A DNA stretch of 63,375 nt, filler included, from Caldilineae bacterium (GCA_037446815.1; 18 parts of 18 records of this genome joined end to end with filler, not necessarily neighbours in it), one strand, 5' to 3'; shown: positions 33,855 to 44,504, numbered from the whole stretch's first letter. Numbers and translations are program-made. The notes: generated by a model from the sequence alone, not told the origin.

Positions 33855-34220
33855 ATGGTCCAAGTGCTCCTGTATGTGCTTCTCGGCCTGGTGGCCGGAG
33901 TGTTGAGCGGGGTGGTGGGGATCGGAGGCGGCACGATTATCATCCCCACGCTGGTCTTCCTGTTCGGCTTCACCCAGCACAAGGCCCAGGGCACGACCCT
34001 GGCCCTCATGGTGCCGCCCATCGGCATCCTGGCCGCGTGGACCTACTACAAGCAGGGGTTTGTGGACATCCGCGCGGCGGTGCTTATCGTGCTGGGCTTC
34101 TTTGTGGGCGGGTTGCTTGGCGCGCGTTGGGCGGTGGGCATCCCCGACGCCGTGCTGCGCAAGGTGTTCGGGGTGTATCTGCTCATCGTCGCCGCGCAGA
34201 TGTTCTTCGGGAAGAAATAG
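33855..34220 (+). CDS. Sulfite exporter TauE/SafE family protein (half-size)
   Basis: GIGGG..P and AQGTTL motifs; four TMs. Confidence 0.85.
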   Translation: MVQVLLYVLLGLVAGVLSGVVGIGGGTIIIPTLVFLFGFTQHKAQGTTLALMVPPIGILAAWTYYKQGFVDIRAAVLIVLGFFVGGLLGARWAVGIPDAVLRKVFGVYLLIVAAQMFFGKK

Positions 34221-34223
34221 TCC

Positions 34224-34991
34224 GTGAAACGAAAGCGATATCCCATCCTGGAGTTTGACCCCACGAGCGAGGCGGTGATTCATCCCAGCAACGTGGTCGC
34301 GCCTGCCGATGTGCCGGAGCGGTGCGTGCTGTGCTTCTTCCGCGAGGTGCTCGTCGGGCTGGAGCAGGGCGGGCAGGCCCGCCGTGTGGCCTGCATGAGG
34401 AGCGAAATCGGCGAGGTGCCTGTGTACGCGGTGGACGTGGGGGGCGTAAGCGTTGCCGCGTTCCAGCCGGGAGTTGGCGCGGCGTTAGCGGCGGTGCTGC
34501 TGGAGCAGGTTGTCGCGATGGGATGCCGTAAGTTCATCGCGTGCGGGGGCGCGGGCGTGCTCCGACGCGACATCGCCGTAGGGCATCTAGTGGTGCCCAC
34601 CTCCGCCGTGCGGGACGAGGGGACATCGTACCATTACCTGCCGCCTGCGCGCGAGGTGTCGGCCAGCCCGGAGGCGGTGGCGGCCGTTGAGCGCGTGCTG
34701 CAGCGGCGGGGCGTGGCGTACCTCACCGGCAAGACGTGGACGACGGACGCGCCTTTCCGCGAGACGCGCGAGAAGGTGCGAATGCGCCGCGCCGAGGGGT
34801 GCCTGACGGTGGAGATGGAAGCGGCGGCTTTCTTCGCCGTGGCGCAGTTCCGAGGTGTGCCCTTCGCGCACATCCTGTACGGCGGCGACGACGTGAGCGG
34901 CCTTGAGTGGGATCCCCGAGGCTGGCACAAGCGCACGACGGTGCGCGAGGCCCTGTTCTGGCTCGCCGCGGAGGCGTGCGCGGAGATGTAG
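34224..34991 (+). CDS. Nucleoside phosphorylase family (PNP/UDP)
   Basis: RDEGTSYHY, WTTDAPFRET and VEMEAA motifs. Confidence 0.88.
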   Translation: MKRKRYPILEFDPTSEAVIHPSNVVAPADVPERCVLCFFREVLVGLEQGGQARRVACMRSEIGEVPVYAVDVGGVSVAAFQPGVGAALAAVLLEQVVAMGCRKFIACGGAGVLRRDIAVGHLVVPTSAVRDEGTSYHYLPPAREVSASPEAVAAVERVLQRRGVAYLTGKTWTTDAPFRETREKVRMRRAEGCLTVEMEAAAFFAVAQFRGVPFAHILYGGDDVSGLEWDPRGWHKRTTVREALFWLAAEACAEM

Positions 34992-35024
34992 CCCTTGCCC
35001 CGGGTTGCGGCGCCCTTACGCATG

Positions 35025-35696
35025 CTAGATGAGCGCCGAACGCTTGCGCCTCGGCTGCGCGGCGGTCTCGCCCGTTAGGGAAGCCCCGCAGCGGGTGCAG
35101 AACCGCTTGTTCCAGGGGAGCAGGTAGCCGCACTTGGGGCAGGTGATGGGCTGGTACTCGCCCAGGGGCGCTCCGCACGCCGAGCACTTGGGCTGCCCGA
35201 TGGGGTTGCCGACGCCGCAATAGGGGCAGACGACCTGCTTGAGCGCCTCGGGAATGCCCAAACTCCCGCCAACCGCCTCGCAGTACTGGTCAATCACCTC
35301 CCACACCTGGTTGCGCAGGTTGAGCCAATCCACATTGCGCGCCACGTTGTCCAGTTCGTTGAGCAGATACCAGGGGTTGATGAGCGCCATGAGGCCGGTC
35401 CGCGCCAGGTCTGCGGCGATGCCGATCCACTTCTGGCGCCCCATGGTAACGGTGATGCTGTCGGTGTCCTGGACGATGCCAACCGTGAGGGCTGTGGTCG
35501 GGTCCGAGTACTCCACCTGGCGGTTGGCGATCTGGACGAGGATGCGGGTGCCGTCGCCGGTCATCTGGGCGCGCGAGGTGGGCGTGTTGAAGTGGGCGAC
35601 GAGGGCGCGAGCCAATCCATCGGCGGAGATCTTGCCCCAGTAGGTGCGGGTGTCGGGCTGTTTGTCAGTTCCCAGCAGCGAACGCATGTCTTCCAT
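35025..35696 (-). CDS. Zinc-ribbon domain protein (double zinc ribbon C-terminus)
   Basis: Four CxxC pairs; TTGACG-16-TATACT 6 nt upstream of ATG. Confidence 0.82.
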   Translation of the reverse strand: MEDMRSLLGTDKQPDTRTYWGKISADGLARALVAHFNTPTSRAQMTGDGTRILVQIANRQVEYSDPTTALTVGIVQDTDSITVTMGRQKWIGIAADLARTGLMALINPWYLLNELDNVARNVDWLNLRNQVWEVIDQYCEAVGGSLGIPEALKQVVCPYCGVGNPIGQPKCSACGAPLGEYQPITCPKCGYLLPWNKRFCTRCGASLTGETAAQPRRKRSALI

Positions 35697-35747
35697 GGCC
35701 GTAGTATAGCGCGAATTCGCGGGGCGTCAATATCCCCCGAGAGGTGG

Positions 35748-35896
35748 GAGTCGGTTTCATCTTGTGTTGGTGAACCGTGGGCGCACTCTCCTTGTGTGTC
35801 ATTGCGAGTGAAGCGAAGCAGTCGCGCCCCCCGGAGATTGCTTCGGGCGCTCCGCGCCCTCGCAATGACAGCGCCAACAGACTTTGGAACCGAGCG
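35748..35896. mobile_element. Complete ~149-bp MITE, type 1 cargo, between divergent promoters
   Basis: Both ends present; 17 bp and 15 bp from the two -35 boxes; no TSD. Confidence 0.85.
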
Positions 35897-36061
35897 CCGT
35901 CGCCGCCGGATTTGGGTTTCCAGCGGTTTGGGTGTATCATGGGTGCACAGCGGCAGCGCCTATGTTTTCCAGCGGTTGACGCCCATCCGGTCCAAGCCGG
36001 ATGGGTTTTGATTGCCCCGTGCCCGTCCACGCTACCGCAAGACCAAAGAGGGAGAAATTCC

Positions 36062-36925
36062 ATGCACATCGTAACTGACCGGGGGATGGACCTCATGCCT
36101 GAACAGACGGAGGGCCTGGGCATTCATTTCATTCCGCTGACCCTGACGCTGGGCGGCAAGTCGTACCGTTCGGGCGAGGACATCCAGCCCGACGAGTTCT
36201 ATCGCCTGTTGGAGGCGGATGGGGGATTCCCGACGACGTCCCAGCCGTCGCCGGGGGTGTTCGCCGACCTGTACCGCCGACTGGCCGCGTCCGATCCGGA
36301 CATCTTGTCCATTCACATCTCCTCCGGACTGAGTGGGACCATCAACGCCGCACGGCTCGGCGCGCAGATGGTGCCCGAGGCCAACGTTACCATCGTGGAC
36401 ACCAAGACGCTGTCGGGGGCGCAGGGGTGGCAAGTGGCTGCTGCCGCGCGGGCGGCGAAGGCCGGTTGGGCCAAGGAACGGATTGTCGCGCTTCTGGATC
36501 GCATTCGGGCGGCGACCGATACCGTTTACACGTTGAGCACGTTGCGCTACCTGATCCACGGCGGGCGCATCAGCCACCTGAAGGGATTGCTGGGGTCGGT
36601 GCTCAACCTCAAGCCCATCATCGGCGTGGAGAAGGCGGGGGGAACCTACGTGCAGCACGGCGCCGCCCGCACGCTCCGAGGGGCGATCCTGCGCATCGCC
36701 GACCTGGTGGCGGAACAGCACGCGCTCGGGAGCCGGCTGCGCGTGCAGGTGCTGCATGCGGCGAATCCGGAAGGGGCTGCGCTGCTGCGAGAGCGACTGG
36801 ATGCGCTGTTCGCGTGCGAATGGCTGCCCACGGGCCCCATCGCGCCGGTGCTGGGCGCGCACACCGGGCCTGGGCTGGTGGGCTTGGCCTATGCTCCTGT
36901 GGCCGCGCTCGGCGAGGGGTTCTAG
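36062..36925 (+). CDS. DegV family fatty-acid-binding protein
   Basis: IVTD, TSQPS, ISSGLSGT, GGRI and HTGPG motifs. Confidence 0.92.
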   Translation: MHIVTDRGMDLMPEQTEGLGIHFIPLTLTLGGKSYRSGEDIQPDEFYRLLEADGGFPTTSQPSPGVFADLYRRLAASDPDILSIHISSGLSGTINAARLGAQMVPEANVTIVDTKTLSGAQGWQVAAAARAAKAGWAKERIVALLDRIRAATDTVYTLSTLRYLIHGGRISHLKGLLGSVLNLKPIIGVEKAGGTYVQHGAARTLRGAILRIADLVAEQHALGSRLRVQVLHAANPEGAALLRERLDALFACEWLPTGPIAPVLGAHTGPGLVGLAYAPVAALGEGF

Positions 36926-36940
36926 GAATTCCCCGCGGCA

Positions 36941-36995
36941 GATTCGGTTCCAAAGTCTGTTGGTATTTGTCATTGCGAGGGCGCGGAGCGCCCGA
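36941..36995. mobile_element. MITE end (type 1), truncated
   Basis: GATTCGGTTCCAAAGTCTGTTGG. Confidence 0.75.
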
Positions 36996-37119
36996 NNNNN
37001 NNNNNNNNNNNNNNNNNNNNNNNNNNNNNNNNNNNNNNNTTAATTAATTAANNNNNNNNNNNNNNNNNNNNNNNNNNNNNNNNNNNNNNNNNNNNAAAAG
37101 TCAACCCGTCTCGGGCGGT

Positions 37120-37269
37120 GATTCGGTTCCAAAGTCTGTTGGTATTTGTCGTTGCGAGGGCGCGGAGCGCCCGAAGCAATCCCTGGGACGTGGGGTTGCT
37201 TCGCTTCGCTCGCAACGACACACGAGGAGAGTGCGCCTACGGTTCACCAACACAAGATGAGACCGACTC
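37120..37269. mobile_element. Complete 150-bp MITE, type 1 cargo, perfect 8-bp TSD
   Basis: CGGGCGGT at both 37112-37119 and 37270-37277. Confidence 0.9.
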
Positions 37270-37393
37270 CGGGCGGTGAAAAGGGCCTTGCGCGCAACGC
37301 CGTGTCAAGTCAACTGATCATGTTACCGAGCGCGGATTTGACAGAATGGGTGGCGTGCGATAATGTGGCCTACCACCTGGAGGCACGAAGGTC

Positions 37394-38338
37394 ATGCGAT
37401 TGCGCACCCACACATGGCTACTCGCGGCGATGGTCTGCGTCGCGGCATTCTCGGCGTGCAGCGCCGCATCCCTGCAGTCGGCGACGCCCACGGCCACGGC
37501 CACTCCCCTGCCGACGGCCACGGCGACCCAGCCACCACCCACGGCCACGCCGGCCCCCACGTGTACGCCCTGCCCGTCGCCCGCGCCCACGGATACGCCG
37601 ATCCCGACGCCCACGGCGACGCCCTGGCCCACGCCCGACGGCACGCCCCGCACGGCCTACGTGCCGATTCTGATGTATCACTACATCTCCGTGCCGCCGA
37701 GGAACGCGGACGCCATCCGCCGCGACCTGTCCGTGTCGCCCGAAAACTTTGAGCAGCAGTTGCGCTACCTCAAGGACAACGGTTACCAGGCCGTCAGCCT
37801 GTACGACCTGACCCGCCATTTGCAGCGCGGCGACCCCCTGCCCGAAAAGCCCGTCATCCTCACGTTTGACGACGGCTATCGCGACAACTTCGTCTATGCG
37901 TTCCCGCTCTTGGTGAAATACGGCTTCACGGGGACCTTCTTCCTCGTGACGGAGCCCATTGACCGCGGCGACGAGGCCTACCTCACCTGGCCGCAGGTAA
38001 CGGCGATGAGTCGCATGGGCATGGACATGGAGCCGCATACGTACACCCACGCCGATCTCACCAACAAGCCGCTGGACTACATCGTGTGGCAGGTCATTGG
38101 CTCCAAGGAGGCCATTGAGGAGCGCACTGGCAAGACGTGTCGCTTCTTCGCCTATCCGTCGGGGCAATATGACCCGACCGTTGTGGATGTGCTGAAGTCG
38201 GCCTACTTCTGGGGCGCGGTCGTGTCGGAGGCCGGCGCAACCCACACGTCCGACGGGATGTTCCACCTCAAGCGGGTCAGGATTCGTGGCTCCGACTCGT
38301 TGGAGCAATTCGCCCAGAAACTGACGCTGGACTGGTAG
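37394..38338 (+). CDS. Polysaccharide deacetylase (CE4), probable lipoprotein
   Basis: Lipobox-like FSAC, PT linker, PILMYH, TFDDG, HTYTH and FAYPSG motifs. Confidence 0.9.
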   Translation: MRLRTHTWLLAAMVCVAAFSACSAASLQSATPTATATPLPTATATQPPPTATPAPTCTPCPSPAPTDTPIPTPTATPWPTPDGTPRTAYVPILMYHYISVPPRNADAIRRDLSVSPENFEQQLRYLKDNGYQAVSLYDLTRHLQRGDPLPEKPVILTFDDGYRDNFVYAFPLLVKYGFTGTFFLVTEPIDRGDEAYLTWPQVTAMSRMGMDMEPHTYTHADLTNKPLDYIVWQVIGSKEAIEERTGKTCRFFAYPSGQYDPTVVDVLKSAYFWGAVVSEAGATHTSDGMFHLKRVRIRGSDSLEQFAQKLTLDW

Positions 38339-38339
38339 G

Positions 38340-40031
38340 ATGTACTTTGACGCGCTGACGCTCGCGGCGGTTGTGCAGGAGATTCGGGCGCGGGCATTGG
38401 GCGGGCGCGTGCAGTCGGTTGTCCAGCCCGACGCGCTGACCATCGCCTTGGAACTCTACGCAGGGCAAGCCCGCCACGACCTGGTGCTCTCGGCCCAGCC
38501 TTCCCATCCCCGCGTCCACTTCGCCGCAGACAAGCCTCGGCGGGGCACCGAGACCCCATCCCCGCTCCTGTTGCAGTTGCGGAAACTGCTCGTCGGCGCA
38601 AGGTTGGCCGATGCGTATCAGCCCGGGTGGGAGCGCATCCTGCATTTGCGGTTTGAGCGTGGGGACGAGGTGTTTACCCTCGTCGCCGAAATCATGGGCA
38701 AGCACAGCAACGTCGTGCTTGTGGCCGCCGACGGCGCGATTCTGGAGTGCGTCAAGCGCGTGGGGCCCGACGTGAACCGCTACCGCGTGGTGCTGCCCAA
38801 CCGCCTGTATGTGCCGCCGCCCGCGCAGAATCGCCTGCCCCTGCCTGCGTGGGGCGAGGAGCGGCTCGCGCGCCTGCTCCGCGAACGCGGCGATGTGTCG
38901 GTGGAGCGGGCGCTGGTCGGCGCGGTGCAGGGGTTGAGCCCGATGGCGGCGCGCGAGGCGATGGCGCGGGCGGGCGTGGCCGAGGCCGGCCCTTTGCTGC
39001 GCGCGCTGCGGGAACTGTTCGCGCCCATGGACACCGGCGGCTGGTCGCCGAGCGTCGGACTGCGGGGCGGCGTCGCGGTTGCCTACGCGCCCTACGCGCT
39101 CACCCACCTGGGCGACTGGCGGCCCGTGCTTTCCATGAGCGCCGCGATAGAGGTGTACCGCGCGGCCCAGGAGACCGCCGACCCCTACGCGGCGGCGCGG
39201 GCGGCGGTGCAAAGCCTCATCGCCGAGGCCGCGAAGACCCTGGCGCGCCGACGGCAGGCCCTGGAGCGGGAGATGCCGCCGCCCGAGGAGGTCAACCGCC
39301 TGCTGGAATGCGGCCAGGTCTTGCTCAATCACCTGCACGAGATTCGCAAGGGCCAGACCCGCGTAACGCTGCCCGGCCTGTCGGGGCAGATGCTAGCCAT
39401 TGACCTGAACGCGGACGAAACCCCTTCGGAGAACGCGCAGCGGTACTTCCGGATGTACCAGAAGGCGCGCGCCGCGCTGGAAGAAGTCCCCCAGCGGCTG
39501 GAGACGCTGGCGGCAGAGGAGGCGTACCTGGCCCAGTTGGGCGCAGACCTGGCCATGGCGACGACGCGGCCGGAGATAGACGAGGTGGCGGCTGCCCTAG
39601 CAGAGGCTGGCTACGCTCGCGAACGCCGGGTGTCGCGGGCCGTGCGGCATACGTCCAGGCCGCTCTCGGTTCGCTCGCCGGATGGGTGGACGGTGCTTGT
39701 GGGGCGGAACAGCCGCCAGAACGAAGAGGTTACCTTCAAGATGGCCGCGCCCGATGACGTGTGGCTCCACGTTCGCGGCCTGCCCGGCGCGCACGTGGTC
39801 ATCCGCTGCGGCGGGCGCGCCGTGCCCGAGGCCACGCTGGAGTTCGCTGCACGGCTGGCGGCTTACCACTCGGCGGCACGCGGGGATCGCGCCGTCCAGG
39901 TGGATTGGACGCTGCGGAAGCACGTGCGCCGACTCCCAGGCGGCAGGCCCGGCATGGTGCAGTATTCCCACGAGGAGTCGGTCGTCGTCCCGGCGACCCT
40001 GGCCGATGAGGATGCTGAGCCTGCGGTGTAG
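38340..40031 (+). CDS. rqcH: Ribosome quality control protein RqcH (NFACT/FbpA family)
   Basis: EIMGKHSN, NAQRYF, VGRNSRQNE and WLHVRGLPGAHV motifs. Confidence 0.9.
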   Translation: MYFDALTLAAVVQEIRARALGGRVQSVVQPDALTIALELYAGQARHDLVLSAQPSHPRVHFAADKPRRGTETPSPLLLQLRKLLVGARLADAYQPGWERILHLRFERGDEVFTLVAEIMGKHSNVVLVAADGAILECVKRVGPDVNRYRVVLPNRLYVPPPAQNRLPLPAWGEERLARLLRERGDVSVERALVGAVQGLSPMAAREAMARAGVAEAGPLLRALRELFAPMDTGGWSPSVGLRGGVAVAYAPYALTHLGDWRPVLSMSAAIEVYRAAQETADPYAAARAAVQSLIAEAAKTLARRRQALEREMPPPEEVNRLLECGQVLLNHLHEIRKGQTRVTLPGLSGQMLAIDLNADETPSENAQRYFRMYQKARAALEEVPQRLETLAAEEAYLAQLGADLAMATTRPEIDEVAAALAEAGYARERRVSRAVRHTSRPLSVRSPDGWTVLVGRNSRQNEEVTFKMAAPDDVWLHVRGLPGAHVVIRCGGRAVPEATLEFAARLAAYHSAARGDRAVQVDWTLRKHVRRLPGGRPGMVQYSHEESVVVPATLADEDAEPAV

Positions 40032-40125
40032 GGCAGGGCGGGGGAAAGCAAAGCACACCCGCGATGGGGTGTGCTGCTGACCCAATGAACCCGATGTGCG
40101 CTGTTGGGGTTGCGGGCGCGCTCGG

Positions 40126-40347
40126 CTATTCCACCTTGATTTGCGTGCGCTTCTTGGGGACTTCCTCGGTGCGCTCAATGGCCGCGTCAATCAGGCTGCG
40201 GTAGGCCAGGAGCGCCTCCTTGCGGGCCGCTCGGATGTGCTTGTGAAACTCCTCCGGCAGGAAGGCCTTGCGGCTTCGTCGAATCCCCCGGATGCCTTCG
40301 CGCACCCAGTCCTCAAAGACGAACTCTTTCTCTTTTGCTTCCGCCAT
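40126..40347 (-). CDS. Small hypothetical protein (73 aa)
   Basis: GGAGG RBS; amphipathic helical sequence. Confidence 0.65.
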   Translation of the reverse strand: MAEAKEKEFVFEDWVREGIRGIRRSRKAFLPEEFHKHIRAARKEALLAYRSLIDAAIERTEEVPKKRTQIKVE

Positions 40348-40544
40348 GGCACCCACCTCCATCTCGTTCAGACCCGTCCAGGACGGTTCAGGCACCTTTC
40401 CGACAACTCTATTGTACTCCAAAAACGGGTTTCGCGCAAGAGGGNNNNNNNNNNNNNNNNNNNNNNNNNNNNNNNNNNNNNNNNNNNNTTAATTAATTAA
40501 NNNNNNNNNNNNNNNNNNNNNNNNNNNNNNNNNNNNNNNNNNNN

Positions 40545-41695
40545 TGCCGATAGTACTCATGCTGAATCAGCAGGTCCATGATCTCGTTGGTGCCGGTCCA
40601 GATCATCACTAGGCGCACGTCGCGCAACATGCGCTCAATGGGGTACACGTTGGTGTAGCCGATGCCGCCCATGATTTGCATGGCGTGGTTGACGGCGAGC
40701 CATGCGGTCTCGGTGGCGTACTTCTTGGCCTCGGAGACCATGCGGCGGACAAGGCCCGGCTCCTGGCCCGAGTCAATGGCGCGGGCGGCGGCGTACACCA
40801 GGCCGCGGGCGGCGTCCAACTGGGTGAGGGCGTCGGCCACCTTGAACGAGACGGCCTGGAAGCGGCGGATCTTCTGGCCGAAGGCGGTGCGCAGGTCCGA
40901 GTAGCGGGCGGCGACTTCCAGGGCGGCGCGGCCCATGCCGATGGCCCCGGCCGCCGAGGTCATCCGCTCGGGGATCATCATGCGCCAGAAGATGTCGGCG
41001 GCGCCGTTCTCCTGGCCGACCAGGTTCTCGGCGGGAACGCGGGCGTCGCGGAAGTAGATGCGGCCCGTGCCGCCGCCGCGCGTGCCCATGAGGCCGTACA
41101 CGTGCTCCACGTCCACGCCGGGCCCGCGCTCCACGATGAAGGCGCTCAGCGATTCCTGGCCCGGGCCTTCGGGGCGCGTGCGGGCGTAGACGAAGAAGTA
41201 GTCGGCCCCCTCGGCCCCCACGACGAACCGCTTCTGGCCGTTGAGGATGTAGGCGTCCCCCTCGCGGCGCGCTTGGCACGTGCTGCCGAAGAAGTCGGAG
41301 CCGCCGCGCGGTTCCGTGAGCGCTTCGGCGCAGGTCAGACGGCCTTCCAGCGTCGCGCGCAGGTATTTCTCCTTCTGCCCGGGCGTGCCGAACACGGCGA
41401 TGGCCTCGCCCACGATGCTGGGAAGGGAGTACAGGCACGCGAGCGAGGTGCCCAGCACGCCCACCTCCTCCAGCGCGATGATTTCGTCCTCCCAGCACAG
41501 GCCGCGCCCGCCGTACTCCGCGGGGAAGCGCAGACCCAGCAGGTTGCGCTCCGCGGCCCAGCGGATGTACTCGCGGGGATAGCGCACCTGGTCCGCGTCC
41601 ATGTCCAGGATGAGTTGGCGGGGGACGGCGCGCACGAAGTCGCGCACCTCTTCCTGTAGCCGTTTTTGCTCTGCCGTGAGCATCCAGTCAAACAT
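40545..41695 (-). CDS. Acyl-CoA dehydrogenase family (3' truncated)
   Basis: [14 protein letters not shown] and QIMGGIGY motifs. Confidence 0.9.
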
Positions 41696-41777
41696 CGCAT
41701 GCCTCCTCGCATGAATAATAGAGCCGTCAGCGGTCAGCCTGTCCCGCGGGTGTCCCCTTGCGTGCCCCTGGGCGCGT

Positions 41778-42734
41778 TCACCAGTGGTCTGCTGCGGCGC
41801 GCCCCTGCCTTCGGCGGGAGGGCCGCGTGAGTTCGGCGTGCGCGCCCTCATCGGCCAGGGGAGCGACCAGCGCCTTGCCCGTAACATCGCGTTCGCGCGC
41901 TGCGCGGGCCATGGCCTCGGCGACCGCCGGGGCGTCCTCGCGGCACAGGGCGATGATGGTGGAGCCCGCGCCGCTGAGGAAGACGCCCAGCGCTCCCGCC
42001 TGCCGCGCCGCGTCAAACAGCGCCGGCATGGCCGGGAAAATGGCCTCGCGATAGGGCTGGTGCAGGCGATCGCGCGTCGCCGCATCCAGCAAGTCGTAGC
42101 GGCGGCGGGCCATGGCCGCGACGAGCAGGGCCACGCGCCCCATGTTGAACACGGCATCGGCGCGCGACACCTGGGCCGGCAGAACTCGCCGCGCTTCGGC
42201 GGTCGGCATGGGAAAATCGGGCACGAACAGCGCGGCCCGCAGGTCCGAGGGCACCGCCAGCCGCTCGTAGATGAGCCCGCGCTCATCCTGCACCGCGATG
42301 ACCAGCCCGCCCAGGAGCGCCGGGGCTACATTGTCGGGATGCCCCTCCAACTGCGTGGCCAGGGCCAGCAGGCGGTCGTTGGAGAGGGGGCTGCCGCACA
42401 GGACATTGCCCGCGACCAGCCCGCCTACCGTCGCGGCGGCGCTAGAGCCCAGCCCGCGCCCGAGGGGTATCTCATTCTGCAACTCAATGGACAGGCCGGG
42501 CAGGCGCTCACCTGCCTCCTGGAAGGCGAGCCGCATGGCGCGCAAGACGCGGTTCTCCTCGCCCCAGCGCAGGTCCTCGGCCCCCTCGCCCTCAATGCGG
42601 ACGCTCAACCCGCCCGTGGTGGCGTGGACGGTTACCGTGTTGTACAGCGCCAGGGCCATCCCCAGGCAATCAAACCCGGGGCCGAGGTTGGCGGTGGTGG
42701 CCGGCACCCGCACGACGACCTTGCTCCCTACCAT
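41778..42734 (-). CDS. thrB: Homoserine kinase
   Basis: [19 protein letters not shown] and EGHPDN motifs. Confidence 0.95.
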   Translation of the reverse strand: MVGSKVVVRVPATTANLGPGFDCLGMALALYNTVTVHATTGGLSVRIEGEGAEDLRWGEENRVLRAMRLAFQEAGERLPGLSIELQNEIPLGRGLGSSAAATVGGLVAGNVLCGSPLSNDRLLALATQLEGHPDNVAPALLGGLVIAVQDERGLIYERLAVPSDLRAALFVPDFPMPTAEARRVLPAQVSRADAVFNMGRVALLVAAMARRRYDLLDAATRDRLHQPYREAIFPAMPALFDAARQAGALGVFLSGAGSTIIALCREDAPAVAEAMARAARERDVTGKALVAPLADEGAHAELTRPSRRRQGRAAADHW

Positions 42735-43774
42735 CCCAGCGCCTCCTCAACCTCGGCGAGGTCTGGCGCGACCTCGGTGGGCCTGGGCGCGGCGGCGAGG
42801 GCAATGTCGGGATCCTTGAGGCCGCTGCCGGTGAGGACGCAGACGATGCGGGTGCGTGGGGGAACGTGTCCCTGGGCGGCCAGTTTCAGCACGCCCGCGA
42901 CCGACGCCGCCGAGGCCGGCTCGCAGAAGATGCCCTCGGTCTGGGCCAGCAGGCGCTGCGCGGCGAGGATTTCGTCGTCGCTAACGGCGGCTATTAGCCC
43001 GCCGGATTCATCGCGGGCGGCGACGGCTCCCTGCCACGACGCGGGGTTGCCGATGCGGATGGCCGTGGCGACGGTGCGCGGCTCGGCGACCGGCTCGCCC
43101 CGGACGATGGGGGCGGCGCCCTCGGCCTGGAACCCCCACATGCGCGGGAGCGTGCGGATGTACCCGGCGTCGCGCCACTGGCGGAAGCCGCGCCAGTAGG
43201 CGGTGATGTTGCCCGCGTTGCCCACCGGAATGGCCAGGATGTCGGGCGCTTTCCCCAGCGCCTCGCAAATCTCAAAGGCGGCGGTCTTCTGCCCCTCTAT
43301 TCGGTAGGGGTTCACGGAGTTTACCAGTGCCACCGAATGCCGCTCCACCAGTTGGCGCACGATGGCGAGCGCCTGGTCAAAGTTACCGCGGATGGCCAGC
43401 ACGCGCGCGCCGTGCATCAGCGCCTGGGCCAGTTTGCCCAGCGCGATGTTGCCCGCGGGAACGACGACGATGGCGCGCAGGCCGGCGCGGGCGGCGTAGG
43501 CGGCGGCCGACGCGGCCGTGTTGCCCGTGGAGGCGCAGATGACGGCCTTGGCGCCCTCCTCCAGCGCCTTGGAGACGGCCACCACCATGCCGCGATCCTT
43601 GAACGAGCCGGTGGGGTTGCACCCCTCTACCTTGAGCCAGATGTCGGCGTGGAGTGCCTCGCTCAGGGCGGGCGCGGGGACGAGGGGCGTGGCGCCTTCG
43701 CCCAGCGAGAGCGGCGGCGTGAGGCGCGTGAACGGCAGGTAGTCGCGATAGCGCAGCAAGATGCCCGGGTTCAT
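42728..43774 (-). CDS. thrC: Threonine synthase
   Basis: [16 protein letters not shown] and PVGNAGN motifs. Confidence 0.95.
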   Translation of the reverse strand: MNPGILLRYRDYLPFTRLTPPLSLGEGATPLVPAPALSEALHADIWLKVEGCNPTGSFKDRGMVVAVSKALEEGAKAVICASTGNTAASAAAYAARAGLRAIVVVPAGNIALGKLAQALMHGARVLAIRGNFDQALAIVRQLVERHSVALVNSVNPYRIEGQKTAAFEICEALGKAPDILAIPVGNAGNITAYWRGFRQWRDAGYIRTLPRMWGFQAEGAAPIVRGEPVAEPRTVATAIRIGNPASWQGAVAARDESGGLIAAVSDDEILAAQRLLAQTEGIFCEPASAASVAGVLKLAAQGHVPPRTRIVCVLTGSGLKDPDIALAAAPRPTEVAPDLAEVEEALGW

Positions 43775-43855
43775 GGGTTCCTCCTTGCGGCGCATTGTAC
43801 CCGCACGGTGGCCGAGCCGTCAAGACGTGGTTCCGCCGCCCCGCGGGCGGGGCCC

Positions 43856-43878
43856 GAGTCGGTTCCAAAGTCTGTTGG
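43856..43878. mobile_element. MITE end, truncated
   Basis: GAGTCGGTTCCAAAGTCTGTTGG. Confidence 0.7.
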
Positions 43879-44027
43879 NNNNNNNNNNNNNNNNNNNNNN
43901 NNNNNNNNNNNNNNNNNNNNNNTTAATTAATTAANNNNNNNNNNNNNNNNNNNNNNNNNNNNNNNNNNNNNNNNNNNNGCAATGACGGCCACCCGCAGAC
44001 GCTGGAGCCGAATGCGGGGCGCCATCG

Positions 44028-44055
44028 CGTAGGGGCGACCGATCGGTCGCCCCTA
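44028..44055. repeat. GTAG-type REP palindrome
   Basis: GTAGGGGCGACCGATCGGTCGCCCCTAC perfect palindrome. Confidence 0.8.
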
Positions 44056-44099
44056 CTCTCCCCAATCCCCGCAATCCGTGCCATCCGTGGATGCACCCC

Positions 44100-44222
44100 A
44101 ACCCTGTTCGCGTGGATTCGCGTTATTGACGGTTGCACTCCTCCGAAGTTGCCTCGTGTCGTGCGGCATTGTGCGCGACGCCAAGCCGCGTGAACTGCAC
44201 CAACACTTTTTGGAACCGAATG
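44100..44222. mobile_element. MITE variant with third cargo type (one end only)
   Basis: Highly similar to 47441-47563; ends CCAACACTTTTTGGAACCGAAT. Confidence 0.7.
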
Positions 44223-44230
44223 GCGGCGCG

Positions 44231-44405
44231 GATTCGGTTCCAAATTCTGTTGGCATCTACCGTCATTCTGAGCGGCGGAGCCGCGAAGAATCTCGCCCCT
44301 CACCCCAGCCCTCTCCCAGCGGGCGAGGGCGTATCGCCTTCGGCTCAGCATGACAGAGTGGGGAGGCGGCGTCCGGGACAGACCGACACAAGATGGAACC
44401 GAATT
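44231..44405. mobile_element. Complete 175-bp MITE, type 2 with nested CCCTCACCCC module
   Basis: Both ends present; 8 bp after the previous copy; 15 bp before TTGACG-17-TATCCT. Confidence 0.85.
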
Positions 44406-44504
44406 CGCATGGCCCTGGGTTTGACGCGCGGGGAGACCCGCGGTATCCTTGCCCGCAGCGCGCCCCCAAGACACCCCAACACGGGCGCAAGGAGCAGATG
44501 AGTT

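Noticed and set aside
35777..36061. N-terminal extensions of DegV, TauE and cupin ORFs, and small ORFs at contig ends
   Set aside because: They translate through MITE sequence or promoters; the true starts have an RBS further downstream.
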